A stretch of DNA of 64,000 nt from Caldilineaceae bacterium bin5 (GCA_002238445.1 MPML01000008.1:45599-109598), one strand, 5' to 3'. Shown: positions 38,188 through 53,284, numbered from the stretch's first letter. A program made the numbers and translations. Notes: generated by a model from the sequence alone, not told the origin.

Positions 38188-38303
38188 GTTGGCAGCGGTC
38201 TACTCTCACACGGGGTCGCCCCCGCACTACCATCGACGCTGGTGGACTTTACGACCGGGTTCGGGATGGGACCGGGTGTTTCCCCACCGCTCTTGCCACC
38301 AAC
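38188..38303 (-). rRNA. rrf: 5S ribosomal RNA
   Basis: The reverse complement reads GTTGGTGGCAAGAGCGGTGGGGAAACACCCGGTCCCATCCCGAACCCGG...GAGAGTAGACCGCTGCCAAC, with the conserved CCCATCCCGAAC and GAGAGTAG blocks and a terminal helix. Confidence 0.85.
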
Positions 38304-38486
38304 TCCTCTATTCTTGCACGGTTATGATGCGAGTGGATGTTGTGCATATTGTGGTATTTGTCGTGGCCGCTGCGTTCTGGTGCAGGGGCGCTGGCAAAGG
38401 TCCACTCGCATGGGCACAGCAGATATATTGACACACTAAGAACTGAACAGGATTGAGAAGTACTGCTTTAGGCGCAAGATACACAC

Positions 38487-41425
<2,939 letters not shown>

Positions 41426-41678
41426 TGCTGTGTGTCGAATACAACGACCTCGCAGCCGCTGCATTCCTTCCTACTCCTACAGCAGTTCTTCTCTATCCTA
41501 TTCAGTTCTTAATGTGCCATTCCTGCTGGACTACTTTACTACTTGCTCTGCAACCTTCTGGCAGACGGCCGGCCGATTGACTTCCGACCTTCCGCATTGT
41601 TCCAGCCGGGCCTGTCAGGGCCTTGGCTTGCTGCCATCGTCAGCGTTTGCGAATTCTGCTTGCTTTTGCTTAACGAGG

Positions 41679-41752
<74 letters not shown>

Positions 41753-41897
41753 ATTCCACTTGCCCTTTTGATGCAACAGAGGCACGTTAACCCCTGAAAA
41801 GTGGCAAGATAGTCGTATCCTGTGCAAACCTTGCTGCTGCAGACGTTTCTGTTTCTACAACGGCTTTGCCGTCTCCACAGTGACGTCCGGTCTTCCT

Positions 41898-43422
<1,525 letters not shown>

Positions 43423-43699
43423 TTCGCAGCCGTTACATCCACATCCCTCTTACTCCCAGAACGTAAACGTTCGACCACTCTTCTACGCAAAGCTACTTCC
43501 AACTCATCATTGACTTGCTCCCAAGAAAGAACGCATCCGCATTACCTGCGCCTACGCCCCAACCCAGAAGCTGCCTTCTCAAGCTTGCTGGACTTCGTCT
43601 ATCTTGCCACTCTTCAGCTGTTAATGTGCCACAACCTTACTACTCTACTACGGTTGCAAATCCCTGACAAAGAAATTCTTGTTTTGTGCAGGTTTCCTC

Positions 43700-43728
43700 A
43701 ATATATCACACGGCTTTTGAACTGTCAA
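43700..43728 (-). promoter_or_regulatory. rRNA operon promoter (near-consensus sigma-70)
   Basis: On the minus strand: TTGACA (plus-strand 43723-43728), 17-nt spacer, TATATT (43700-43705), about 270 nt upstream of the 16S 5' end. Confidence 0.6.
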
Positions 43729-43798
43729 ATGCGAATCAGGTTGAATTTCACTTAGTTTCGCGTTGCTTAAAGGAAAGCCTTTGGATACAAGAGGCGAG

Positions 43799-44296
43799 CT
43801 ATCCGATTACGATCAGTACTGCGTCCTGTTCAACGCTCTGGCCGGCGGTGACTTCTACTTTACGCACCACGCCCGAGCGCACGGCGCGAATCTCATTCTC
43901 CATTTTCATTGCTTCCAGGATCATCAGCGGTTGATCTTCGATGAGCTCATCGCCATCTTGCACCAGCACTTTCACGATCATGCCTGGGATAGGGGCTCTG
44001 ACGGCCAGGTCGCCCTGTGGCACTGCCGGCCCTTGGCGGCCTGCATTGAGGCGCCGCGTGCGTTCATCTTCTATCTGCACACGGAACTGCTCACCCCGAA
44101 GCGTCACGTCATGGCCCTGCGGTGTTTCCTCGACCAGCATTTCGAAACTTGCGCCGTCCAACAGCAGGCTGTATAGCTGGGTAACGCCACTCTGGCGCAG
44201 GTCGACGGTGATAGGTTCGCCGTCGACCAACACTTCATCCTCGTTGATCTCAATTTCAAAGGTATGGTCGCCGACACTGGAAAAGTATTTCACCAC
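43799..44296 (-). CDS. biotin carboxyl carrier protein-like (biotin/lipoyl attachment domain)
   Basis: 165 aa with EAMKMENEI biotinylation motif. The start overlaps the biotin carboxylase stop. Confidence 0.85.
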   Translation of the reverse strand: MVKYFSSVGDHTFEIEINEDEVLVDGEPITVDLRQSGVTQLYSLLLDGASFEMLVEETPQGHDVTLRGEQFRVQIEDERTRRLNAGRQGPAVPQGDLAVRAPIPGMIVKVLVQDGDELIEDQPLMILEAMKMENEIRAVRSGVVRKVEVTAGQSVEQDAVLIVIG

Positions 44297-45798
44297 CGCC
44301 CTCCCATCCCCCTCAGGCGGCCGGCCTCCTTCCAGGGGCTGGCGGCGTTGTTATCGTTCCCACCGATATTGACGGCGCGGCGGCCCTCTTCATGCGCCAC
44401 CAGCGCGGCGGCAACGGCTGCGATACGCGCCTGCTCCAGGTCGGGTTCATTTCTTGCCACCAGCCGGCGACGGTCGAGGAATCCGGTATCGAATGTTCCC
44501 CAGATAAATTCGGTGCTGTCCATAATTTCCTGATGGAATGGTATCGATGTTTTGATGCCACTGATGCGATATTCGTTCAGGGCGCGGCGCATACGCAGGA
44601 TCGCTTCGGCCCTGTTTTCGCCCCATACGATCAGTTTGGCGACCATGGGATCGTAGAAAAGGCTGATTTCGTAGCCGCGGTAGAGTGCGCTTTCGACGCG
44701 CACACCTGGTCCGGTGGGCTCTTTGAGGTAGGTGACGACGCCGCTGTTGGGCATGAAATTGTTGAAAGGGTCCTCGGCGGTAAGGCGGCACTCAATCGAC
44801 CAGCCCTTGGGCCGGATATCTTCGGGACGGTAGCGCATGCGACGGCCGGCGGCGATGGTCAGCTGCTCTTTGACAATATCGACCCCGGTCACGAATTCGG
44901 TGACCGGATGCTCCACCTGGAGCCGGGTATTCATCTCGAGAAAGTAGAATTTATCTTCCTTGGCATCGAACAGGAATTCAATGGTGCCGGCGTTGACATA
45001 TTCCACCGACTCGGCGGCGGCCACGGCAACGCGCCCGAGTTCCTGGCGCAGGTTTTCGTCGACGGCGACGCTGGGCGCCTCTTCGATAAGCTTCTGGTGC
45101 CGGCGCTGGATGGAGCATTCCCGCTCGCCGAGGTGAATTGTATTGCCGTAACTGTCGGCGAGGATCTGCACTTCGATGTGGCGGGCGCTGGAGATGTATT
45201 TTTCGAGGTAGACCTCGCCATTGCCGAAGGCGCCAATGGCTTCGCGCCTGGCAGCCAAAAGGGCGCTTGTAAACTGGTTGGGGTCGTGAACCACGCGCAT
45301 CCCTTTGCCGCCGCCGCCGGCGGTGGCCTTGATCATCAGGGGGAACCCGATCTGGATGGCGGTCGCTCTTAGTTCTTCATCTCGCATGCCCTTGGGCGAA
45401 CCGGGCACGAGCGGCACATTGTTTTTGGCGACGGTTTCGCGCGCGGTCTGTTTGTCCCCCATTTTGGCGATGGCATCGGGTGACGGCCCGATAAATGTAA
45501 TGCCGACGTCTGCGCAGGCGGCGGCGAATTCGGCGTTTTCTGCCAGAAAGCCGTAGCCGGGGTGGACAGCATCAACGCCGGCCTTGCGCGCCACATCGAT
45601 TATCTTATCAATGCGCAGGTAGCTGTCGCGGCTGGGGGCCGCGCCGATATGGTAGGCCTCATCGGCGTAGCGTACGTGAAGGGCAGTCCGGTCCACGTCT
45701 GAGAAGACGGTAGCAGTGGCGATGCCCCGCTCTTCACACGCCCGCAACACCCGCACGGCGATTTCGCCTCGATTCGCAACCAGAACTTTCTTAAACAT
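44290..45798 (-). CDS. accC: biotin carboxylase subunit of acetyl/acyl-CoA carboxylase
   Basis: MFKKVLVANRGEIAVRVLRAC N-terminus, ATP-grasp GGGGKGM loop, EMNTRLQVEHPVTE motif. Confidence 0.95.
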   Translation of the reverse strand: MFKKVLVANRGEIAVRVLRACEERGIATATVFSDVDRTALHVRYADEAYHIGAAPSRDSYLRIDKIIDVARKAGVDAVHPGYGFLAENAEFAAACADVGITFIGPSPDAIAKMGDKQTARETVAKNNVPLVPGSPKGMRDEELRATAIQIGFPLMIKATAGGGGKGMRVVHDPNQFTSALLAARREAIGAFGNGEVYLEKYISSARHIEVQILADSYGNTIHLGERECSIQRRHQKLIEEAPSVAVDENLRQELGRVAVAAAESVEYVNAGTIEFLFDAKEDKFYFLEMNTRLQVEHPVTEFVTGVDIVKEQLTIAAGRRMRYRPEDIRPKGWSIECRLTAEDPFNNFMPNSGVVTYLKEPTGPGVRVESALYRGYEISLFYDPMVAKLIVWGENRAEAILRMRRALNEYRISGIKTSIPFHQEIMDSTEFIWGTFDTGFLDRRRLVARNEPDLEQARIAAVAAALVAHEEGRRAVNIGGNDNNAASPWKEAGRLRGMGGRW

Positions 45799-45927
45799 GC
45801 TCAGTTCCTCAGATACTCACGTCTATTTCAAGAAGAGCGTGTTCGAAGACACTATAGTATTGTACTCGTTCTCGCCTCACCGCCATCTCTTCTTCCGGGG
45901 CCGATGAATGCCGATGTAATGGGCATA

Positions 45928-46614
45928 TCAGAATCCCTGCCGATGGACACGGGCCTGAATCAGCAGCCGGTCACAGGTAAAGGGAGCCGGTGGGATCTCG
46001 CTGCTGGTATGCCAGGTGCCGAAAGCGCTGTCGTCCGGCGATAGGAGCAGACGGCGAAACTCCCACATGGAGACATCGACGGTGCGCCCCACGGGGGAGG
46101 TGAAACTCTCTTCCACGATTGCCTGGACGGGCGCAAAGCCGGCCGCGTAGCGGGTTTCCCAGGTTCCTTCCGGCAGAACGCCGTCGCTATTGGGTGCGCA
46201 GGCGATTCGCAGGGTGACGAACCCGCAGTCTACCACGACTACGGCCATCTGGCTGCTGCCGTATTGGATATCGGCCTCGACGATTTGGCCGGCAAACGCG
46301 TACAGCGCGGGGCCGATCTGTGTAAAACGTGAGGTCAGCGGCCCTTTTTGCACGGCGTACCAGGGATCCGGCCCGGGTTCCGGCAGCAGCACGCCGCCAT
46401 CGAGCACGGCCGACAGGGGAAGACCCTGTTGCAAGCGGGGGAAGCCCATCAGGGAGAACTGTTCGGCGGACAGCTCAAATTCGATTTGGGGCAGTCCCTG
46501 GATTCTGGTCATCGGCGGCCGGGGTCCGACGAGCTCCCGATCCTGCGGGGAGATCTGGCCGGTCGTGCGATCGATATTTCTTTCTCCGTTCGGTCCCAGC
46601 GGCGTTCGATTCAC
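45928..46614 (-). CDS. hypothetical protein (228 aa) embedded in the acyl-CoA carboxylase operon
   Basis: Its start overlaps the carboxyltransferase stop (ATGA at 46611-46614). No motif recognised. Confidence 0.6.
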   Translation of the reverse strand: MNRTPLGPNGERNIDRTTGQISPQDRELVGPRPPMTRIQGLPQIEFELSAEQFSLMGFPRLQQGLPLSAVLDGGVLLPEPGPDPWYAVQKGPLTSRFTQIGPALYAFAGQIVEADIQYGSSQMAVVVVDCGFVTLRIACAPNSDGVLPEGTWETRYAAGFAPVQAIVEESFTSPVGRTVDVSMWEFRRLLLSPDDSAFGTWHTSSEIPPAPFTCDRLLIQARVHRQGF

Positions 46615-48170
46615 AGAGGGATGTTCCCGTGTTTTTTGGGCGGGAGTTTATCGCGTTTATTTTGCAGCATTTCCAGTGCGTTGATCAAGCGCGGCCGGGA
46701 CTCATGCGGTTCGATGACATCGTCGATGAACCCGTTGGCGGCTGCGATGTAGGGGTTGGCAAAACGGGTTCGATAGTCTGCGACCAGGTCGGTCCTCTTA
46801 GCAACGGGGTCGTCGGCAGCCGCGATTTCGCGGCGGAAAATGACATTTACGGCGCCCTCCGGCCCCATCACTGCGATTTCTGCCGAAGGCCAAGCCAGGA
46901 CCAGATCGGCGCCGATGTGGCGGGGGTTCATGACACAGTAGGCCCCGCCGTAGGCTTTACGGATAATCACGGTCAGTTTTGGGACTGTTGCTTCGGAGAA
47001 GGCGTAGAGCAGTTTAGCGCCATGGCGAATGATGCCGCCGTGTTCCTGGTTGAGGCCGGGCATGAATCCGGGCACATCCTCCAGGACGACCAGCGGGATA
47101 TTGAAGCAGTCGCAGAAGCGGACGAAACGGGCCGCTTTCTGACTGGCATCGACATCGAGGACACCTGCCAGCACGGCCGGTTGCTGGGCGACGATGCCGA
47201 TGGAGCGGCCGCCGAGACGGGCGAAACCGACCATGACGTTGCGCGCCCACTGTTCATGCACTTCCAGGAACTGGCCGTCGTCTACGATACGGTGGATGAT
47301 CTCTTTCATATCGTAGGGACGGTTGGGGTTGTCGGGCACAATTGAATCCAGCTCTTCATCCTGGCGCAGAAGATCGTCGGTGGATGGCACGACGGGGGGA
47401 TCTTCCATATTGTTATTGGGCAGGAAGCTCATCAACTGTTGCACTATGAAGAGGGCGTCTTCTTCATTTTCGGCGGTGAAATGGGCCACGCCGGACTTGC
47501 TGCCGTGGACTGAGGCGCCGCCGAGCTCTTCAAAGGTGACTTCCTCGTGAGTGACCGTTTTCACCACATCCGGGCCTGTGACGAACATATGGCTTGTATC
47601 TTTTACCATAACGACGAAGTCGGTGATTGCGGGCGAGTAGACGGCGCCGCCGGCGCAGGGCCCCATTATGACGCTGACCTGGGGCACGACACCGGAGGCC
47701 ATGACATTGAGGAAGAAGATGTCGGCATAGCCGGCCAAGCTGAGCACTCCTTCCTGAATGCGGGCGCCACCTGAGTCGTTGAGGCCGATAACCGCGGCGC
47801 CGTTTTTCATCGACATGTCCAGAATTTTGCAGATTTTGGCGGCGTGATGACGGCTGACACTGCCACCGAAGACTGTAAAGTCCTGCGAGAAAACATAGAC
47901 GAGACGGTCATCGATTGTGCCATACCCGGTTACGACACCGTCGCCGGGGATGCGCTGCTTGTCGAGGCCAAAGTCGTGGCTGTCGTGGGTGACGAGCGCG
48001 TCCACTTCCCTGAAACTGCCCTTATCGAGCATCAATTCGAGCCGCTCGCGTGCGGTGGCCCTACCCTTGGCGTGCTGTGTTTCGATCCGTTCGCGACCGC
48101 CGCCCAACTTGGCCATGTCCTTGCGGCGGCGCAGATCGGTGATACGGGGATCGATTGTCGAGTCAGTCAA
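46611..48170 (-). CDS. acyl-CoA carboxylase carboxyltransferase subunit (propionyl-CoA carboxylase beta / methylmalonyl-CoA carboxyltransferase family)
   Basis: 519 aa with family-typical segments LGGG..R...QH.KGK.TARER, GGARIQEG, and the duplicated crotonase-like fold. Confidence 0.95.
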   Translation of the reverse strand: MTDSTIDPRITDLRRRKDMAKLGGGRERIETQHAKGRATARERLELMLDKGSFREVDALVTHDSHDFGLDKQRIPGDGVVTGYGTIDDRLVYVFSQDFTVFGGSVSRHHAAKICKILDMSMKNGAAVIGLNDSGGARIQEGVLSLAGYADIFFLNVMASGVVPQVSVIMGPCAGGAVYSPAITDFVVMVKDTSHMFVTGPDVVKTVTHEEVTFEELGGASVHGSKSGVAHFTAENEEDALFIVQQLMSFLPNNNMEDPPVVPSTDDLLRQDEELDSIVPDNPNRPYDMKEIIHRIVDDGQFLEVHEQWARNVMVGFARLGGRSIGIVAQQPAVLAGVLDVDASQKAARFVRFCDCFNIPLVVLEDVPGFMPGLNQEHGGIIRHGAKLLYAFSEATVPKLTVIIRKAYGGAYCVMNPRHIGADLVLAWPSAEIAVMGPEGAVNVIFRREIAAADDPVAKRTDLVADYRTRFANPYIAAANGFIDDVIEPHESRPRLINALEMLQNKRDKLPPKKHGNIPL

Positions 48171-48376
48171 GACAAACTCCTATATATACTGTCGTTGGTC
48201 GTTGTACGGTTGTTCTCGGCATATTGGCCGCTGCTTGCCACTGGTTTGGCGTGTTTGGCGTGTTCAGCGGGCAGCATTGCGATCGAGACGCGGAAGAGAC
48301 CGGCATTGACCGCAGGGCCACGATGTGTGGCCGGCGATTGAAATAGAGAACGCTCCGCTCTTTGCAAGTTCAACTG

Positions 48377-49234
48377 TCACCCCAGAGTTATGGTACCTGT
48401 CAGGAGCAGCAGCCCAATCAGAATCGGCTGATGAATCACGTAAATGACCAGAGAGTGACGGCCAAGAAACTGCAGGGCAGGGAATGGGAAGAACGCCCCG
48501 AGATTTGGCAGAGACAGTCTGCGAGTACCCCCTGCATAGAATACGGACCCCACGAAGACACCGATCAGAAAGACGGCAAACCAGTGGGGAAAGGGAAAGT
48601 AGTCGGAATAGTAGTAGCCAGGCGGTTCAATGCCCAGCGGAACCAGCCAGGAGACGCCAGCCGGCGCCTGCAGGTTCATGAATTTCAGAAGATAACTGAG
48701 GGCATACAACAGGCCCGCCACTGCCAGCGTCAGCCAGCGATTGCGCAGAAAAGGAATCGAGCAGATGATCGATGTGCCGATCAGATGCAGCACGCCAAAA
48801 TCGATTGGAGGCAGACCGGCCACACGCATCACCAGCGAAAAGATCAGGCCGATACCCAGAATGTGCAGCCCGCGGCGCGCAATCTTCCAGGCAAGGCCAT
48901 CGGCCGACCCTTGCTTGAACAGCGCGCGATTGTAGCTGAGAACTACCGAGACTCCGGACAGTGCGATGAACGAAGTGGCGGTAAAGCGCTGAAAGTAGAA
49001 CCAGAAGCCCTCATGCAGTACGACGGGTACGCCGCCGAAGTTCCGCAGGTCGAACATCAGATGGAAGATGACCATCGTGATGATGGCGACGCCGCGCCAG
49101 CTATCGACCTCCCAGAAGCGGGTGATGGCGGGGGGCGTCACGGAAGCGACGGCGCCGCTCTCCGGTCCATCCATGCTCGTCAGCTCCTCATCGTTTTCAG
49201 ATATATTCCGCTGAGCCGATGCGGCTTTTTGCAT
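48377..49234 (-). CDS. DUF1624 / heparan-alpha-glucosaminide N-acetyltransferase-like membrane protein
   Basis: R.WE.D..RG.AI..M...H motif at the N-terminus and about 8 hydrophobic helices. The overlapping plus-strand ORF 48362-49291 has an implausible composition. Confidence 0.8.
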   Translation of the reverse strand: MQKAASAQRNISENDEELTSMDGPESGAVASVTPPAITRFWEVDSWRGVAIITMVIFHLMFDLRNFGGVPVVLHEGFWFYFQRFTATSFIALSGVSVVLSYNRALFKQGSADGLAWKIARRGLHILGIGLIFSLVMRVAGLPPIDFGVLHLIGTSIICSIPFLRNRWLTLAVAGLLYALSYLLKFMNLQAPAGVSWLVPLGIEPPGYYYSDYFPFPHWFAVFLIGVFVGSVFYAGGTRRLSLPNLGAFFPFPALQFLGRHSLVIYVIHQPILIGLLLLTGTITLG

Positions 49235-49627
49235 CAGTTGGACCTTTCAGACGCCTGGGGCTGTGGGCGGGCGCATTTGCTGCGCACTTGAAACATTTTC
49301 CGGTTCCTGCGAGAATCAGAAAGCCTGCTACTCGCTGTAGTCGACCTGGCGTCCGGTGAACCGGTTGCAGAGGTCAGTGCACACTACGCTCTGATCGCGA
49401 TAGAGTAGCGTACAGGACATTATATCCCATACGGTAAACCCGGCGCTCCCCAGCCCAACGGCAACGCGCGCTAACATTATCGTCAATGGAGGGGTTGGCG
49501 CAGGAACGGCGTCTGAGCGTGGTCAACTGGTCGCAGTTCGTGGTCAGAGAGTTTACCAAGCCTCGCCACTTTTGACCGCAACAGTGCGCGGTCATTTTAC
49601 ACGATACTATAGGAGATCACAAGCAAA

Positions 49628-50596
49628 TTGAGCCAGGCGGAAACGGACCGTCGCGGAGACAGTTCGCGGGAAAAGGCAGATAGTTTCTGCCAGCCGCAGC
49701 CCAATCCACCGGGATGGATTGGACGCGCACGAGCAGCCATGGGCGGTTTGGGAGGGCATAGGGCTGGACGCCATGTGGGGCACTGTATCGAGTTTTACAG
49801 TTCAGTGCCAAGCACGATGGCGGTGGCGCGCGGTATTCTGGACAGGCGCGGCGAGGAAGCAGCGGGCGCAGTGGTGATCGCCGACCATCAGACGGCGGGA
49901 CGGGGCAGGTTGGATCGCGGGTGGGAGGACGCGCGCGGACGCGGGCTTCTGGGCAGCTATATATTGAGCGACGATCTGCTGCCGGAACATCCCTCATTGG
50001 CGGTGATGGCGGCGGGGCTGGCTATGGTACGGGCGATCCGGCAGTGCTGTCCACAGCTTGGAGATCGCATTCGTCTGAAGTGGCCAAACGATGTCATCGC
50101 TGTGGAAGCTGACGGACCCGTGAAATTGGCGGGCATTCTGGCGGAAAGCATCTTCGAGCAGCATGAACTCAGCGGCGTGATTCTGGGAATTGGTGTCAAT
50201 GTTAATCAGGATGAGCACGAGTTGCCGTCGATTCGTCCTGGCGGGCTGCGTCCATCCAGCTTGATGCTTCTGGGCGGAGGAGGCGAACGGGCCCGTGCCA
50301 CCTATTCCCCGATCGACAGGGAGCATCTGTTGGTAGCTCTGTGCGGGGCGTTGGATGATTTGTGTGCGCCCGGCTCAAGTCCGGCTGCGGATGTAGTCCA
50401 TGCCGACTGGCAAGGTGCGCTATTCGGCCTGGGGGCTGGGGTCAGCGCGCACAGCGCGAGCGGGACAGTTCGCGGCCGGGCGGTCGGCACGTCTCCGCAA
50501 GGGGCGCTGCAAGTACGCACTGCGGGCGGCGAAACGCTCGAAATCCACTCCGGCGATGTTACATTTGAATGGGCGACTGTACCCGACGGTGGGTAG
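49628..50596 (+). CDS. birA: biotin--[acetyl-CoA-carboxylase] ligase
   Basis: QTAGRGRLDRGW (GRGRxGRxW biotin-binding loop) and KWPND motif. Start uncertain: TTG 49628 (AGGAG 12 nt upstream) or ATG 49739. No obvious N-terminal HTH. Confidence 0.85.
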   Translation: MSQAETDRRGDSSREKADSFCQPQPNPPGWIGRARAAMGGLGGHRAGRHVGHCIEFYSSVPSTMAVARGILDRRGEEAAGAVVIADHQTAGRGRLDRGWEDARGRGLLGSYILSDDLLPEHPSLAVMAAGLAMVRAIRQCCPQLGDRIRLKWPNDVIAVEADGPVKLAGILAESIFEQHELSGVILGIGVNVNQDEHELPSIRPGGLRPSSLMLLGGGGERARATYSPIDREHLLVALCGALDDLCAPGSSPAADVVHADWQGALFGLGAGVSAHSASGTVRGRAVGTSPQGALQVRTAGGETLEIHSGDVTFEWATVPDGG

Positions 50597-50822
50597 ATGG
50601 TATCGGGCGACTCTTCTGATGGCGGCGCTTTCCTGTGCCAGCTGGGGGCCTATTGAATTGCTTGCTCCCCGGCTTCCACGGCTTGCGATCATGATCTCCG
50701 TTCTTGCAGACAGGTCCCGGTGTAGAGATCGGTGTAAAGATCATTGGCCTTCTTTGGCGTAGGGGGTATCATTAAAAGAATTCACTCTTTTGATTGATGG
50801 CCCACAACAACCTACTTTTGCT

Positions 50823-52163
50823 ATGAATTTGCCCTTTGAGTCATCCGTACGATTTCAACTTGTGCAAACGCCGGCGCCGAGGGACGCTCCGCACGAGCGC
50901 CCGCCTGGTCCCCCGAAGGCGCAACAGCGCTGGATGGCCTTCGTGATCTTAATTGCGTTCGGTTGGCGGATGGTCGGCCTGATTGCGCGGAAGCTTGTCC
51001 AGGTGGAGCAGGATACGATTCTGCTAGCGGCCCGCCCGATAGGCGAGACGGTTGGGGCGCTGGTGGCGCCGGAGCAGAATGGGACGATCTATTATCTTTT
51101 GATGCGCCCGTGGCTCCAGTTCTTCGGAACCGATCTCTTTGCGCTGCGTTATTTTTCTGTGTTGGCCAGCGCTATCGCTATCGCCTTGATGTGGCAGGTC
51201 GCCCGTCGGATGGTGCCGGCAGTTGGCAGCACGCTTCTGATGAACCTGCCGCTGCTGTCAACCCTTTTTCTGGCCTTCAATCCATTACAGCTGTGGTATA
51301 GCCAGGAGGGGGGGAGCTATGCGCTGGTTGTGGCACTGGCGCTGTTATCGAGTTGGGGCTGGCTGCAGGCGATGTGGTACAGCGGATATGTGCGCTGGCT
51401 GATCTATCTTGTCATCACATCAATAGCTATCTATACGCAGGTGATGACTGCCTTGCTGCTGCCGGTCCATCTGGTCTGGTTTTTGCTGGCCAACCCGCTC
51501 AACCGGCAACGCTGGAAAGGATACGGGCTTACGCTGGTGGGCTTTGCGCTACCGATCCTGCCATTGACAGGGTGGGGCGGACACCTGTTGACCGGGGGAG
51601 CTAACGGGATCGACCCGGGAAGCGGCAGCGTGCTGCAGAACGTCGTTAGCGACCTGCCCGCCACGCCTCTACCAGAGATTGCCCGAACCCTGCTGCTCAA
51701 CAATGCCCAGGGCTTTCTGGGCTCGATTTCGCATTTCTGGCTGATCCCGATCTTCTTTCTTGGATTGACCGGTTTGCTGGTGGGGTATACGGAATTTGGA
51801 GGGCGCGTTGCAAACGTGGGCATGCTGGCGACCTGGCTGATTCTGCCGGTTCTGCTGCTGTACGTCATCAGTCTGGTAGCGCCGATTTTTTCGGGGCCCA
51901 CAGCTCAGATCGGAGAGAGAGCAGCCCAGTTCGAGGGTGTTATCTGGATTGCGCCGGCGTTTACGATGTTCCTGGCGTTGGGGGCACAGGTGATGCGTCG
52001 CGCCTATGGAAAGCTGGGCAATTGGCTGGCGCTGGGGCTGATTGCCTTTGTGATGGTGTTTTGGGGATATAGCTGGTTGGAACATGCCCAACGTCCCATC
52101 AACACGCAATCGGGCGCGTCTGAGTCCTCCCTCCACTCATGGCGCGGTTACCTGGAGATGTGA
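50823..52163 (+). CDS. polytopic membrane protein, GT39/ArnT-like (PMT_2) glycosyltransferase family (putative)
   Basis: About 11 hydrophobic segments. The N-terminal loop pattern (...Y..L.R.W...FG.....LR..S.L......) is reminiscent of ArnT/PMT-type glycosyltransferases. Start uncertain (50790 TTG, 50823 ATG). Confidence 0.6.
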   Translation: MNLPFESSVRFQLVQTPAPRDAPHERPPGPPKAQQRWMAFVILIAFGWRMVGLIARKLVQVEQDTILLAARPIGETVGALVAPEQNGTIYYLLMRPWLQFFGTDLFALRYFSVLASAIAIALMWQVARRMVPAVGSTLLMNLPLLSTLFLAFNPLQLWYSQEGGSYALVVALALLSSWGWLQAMWYSGYVRWLIYLVITSIAIYTQVMTALLLPVHLVWFLLANPLNRQRWKGYGLTLVGFALPILPLTGWGGHLLTGGANGIDPGSGSVLQNVVSDLPATPLPEIARTLLLNNAQGFLGSISHFWLIPIFFLGLTGLLVGYTEFGGRVANVGMLATWLILPVLLLYVISLVAPIFSGPTAQIGERAAQFEGVIWIAPAFTMFLALGAQVMRRAYGKLGNWLALGLIAFVMVFWGYSWLEHAQRPINTQSGASESSLHSWRGYLEM

Positions 52164-52164
52164 T

Positions 52165-52875
52165 ATGTTTCAAGGGTCTGGCGGGCGGGGCTGGAACGCC
52201 CTCTCCCGCACGCAGCAGATTGTAATTGGGATCGTGGGGCTAGTGGTTGTGTATGCGCTACTGTCCGGGGGCGGTTCTCTGGGGCGAATGGGCGATCCGT
52301 TATGGCTCGTCGCGGTCGCGGTAATCATTCTGGTTGCCTTACCTGTCCACGAAATGGCGCATGCGGCCATGGCGGTCCAATTGGGAGACGAGACGCCGCG
52401 CTTGCAAGGGCGTTACACGTTCAATCCGATCGCCCATATCGATCCTTTCGGCGCTCTGCTGATCCTTTTTACGGGATTTGGTTGGGCCAAACCGGTCCAG
52501 TGGAATCCCAACAACATCGACGTGGACATACGGCTGGGGACGATTCTTGTGGCTGCAGCCGGACCTGTCAGCAATCTCGTGCTGGCTGCGGTGGGCGCCT
52601 TTCTGGTTCCATTTGCCGACTTCGCGATGCTGGAGCGATTTCTCACCTTTTTCGTCTGGATCAACACGTTGTTGTTTGTATTCAATCTGATTCCGATTCC
52701 GCCGCTGGATGGCTCCCATATTCTGTTTGCCCTTCTGCCCGGAGACAATTTCGAACTGCGCATGTTCCTGGGCCGCTTCGGTTTTATCATTTTGATAGGA
52801 ACCATCTACCTCGGGGGCGGCTTCATCACCGGCCTGGCCAGTCAGGTTGTTGGGTGGCTTTTTCTCATTTTCTGA
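52165..52875 (+). CDS. site-2 protease (M50) family membrane metalloprotease
   Basis: HEMAHA (HExxH) within a TM segment and a later NLIPIPPLDGS motif. GGAG lies 7 nt upstream of ATG 52165. Confidence 0.85.
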   Translation: MFQGSGGRGWNALSRTQQIVIGIVGLVVVYALLSGGGSLGRMGDPLWLVAVAVIILVALPVHEMAHAAMAVQLGDETPRLQGRYTFNPIAHIDPFGALLILFTGFGWAKPVQWNPNNIDVDIRLGTILVAAAGPVSNLVLAAVGAFLVPFADFAMLERFLTFFVWINTLLFVFNLIPIPPLDGSHILFALLPGDNFELRMFLGRFGFIILIGTIYLGGGFITGLASQVVGWLFLIF

Positions 52876-52902
52876 AGTTGAAATTCAGTTTCCGGATTTT
52901 GG

Positions 52903-53195
52903 GTAAGTACTAGGCCACATACAGTGTCTTTCTTATCCAGCCCTTCATTCCCGCCGCCATTCAGACTATGTCACAGCGTATTCGGTTGGCAACCGCCGGG
53001 TTGCCGAGGCAGCACGGCTGCGCTGAAGACGTAAGGTCGATGAGGCATGGTTTTGGAGGGGGGCGTTGCGGGGGCGCAGCCCCTGCACAAGGGAGGCCGC
53101 TTGCGGCCGACCGCCCAAATGCAAGGAGAGAGTAAACAACTCCGCTCGCCTTGCTCGAGGACAGGGATGCCGGTTGCGGCGTTCGATTTGCGGCA
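52903..53195 (+). repeat. MITE-like repeat, copy 5 (right terminus apparently truncated)
   Basis: Left end GTAAGTACTAGGCCACATACAG (52903-) and core 53046-53115 are collinear with copies 1 and 4. Hairpin 2 is the GGCCGCTTGCGGCC variant shared with copy 1. The right TIR was not found after TGCGGC (53189-53194). Confidence 0.55.
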
Positions 53196-53284
53196 TGGGA
53201 GGGAGGGATGGTGACTGTTTCCCATTTGGGTGGACGGCGATGATTGAGTATGATGGGGAAACAGGCGTTGGACGGGATTGACAC

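Noticed and set aside
49380-49420. Imperfect palindrome (CTACGCTCT...AGAGTAGCG) upstream of birA as a bioO-type operator
   Set aside because: The BirA here appears to lack an N-terminal HTH domain (class I ligase), the palindrome is weak, and it is not positioned over a recognisable promoter.
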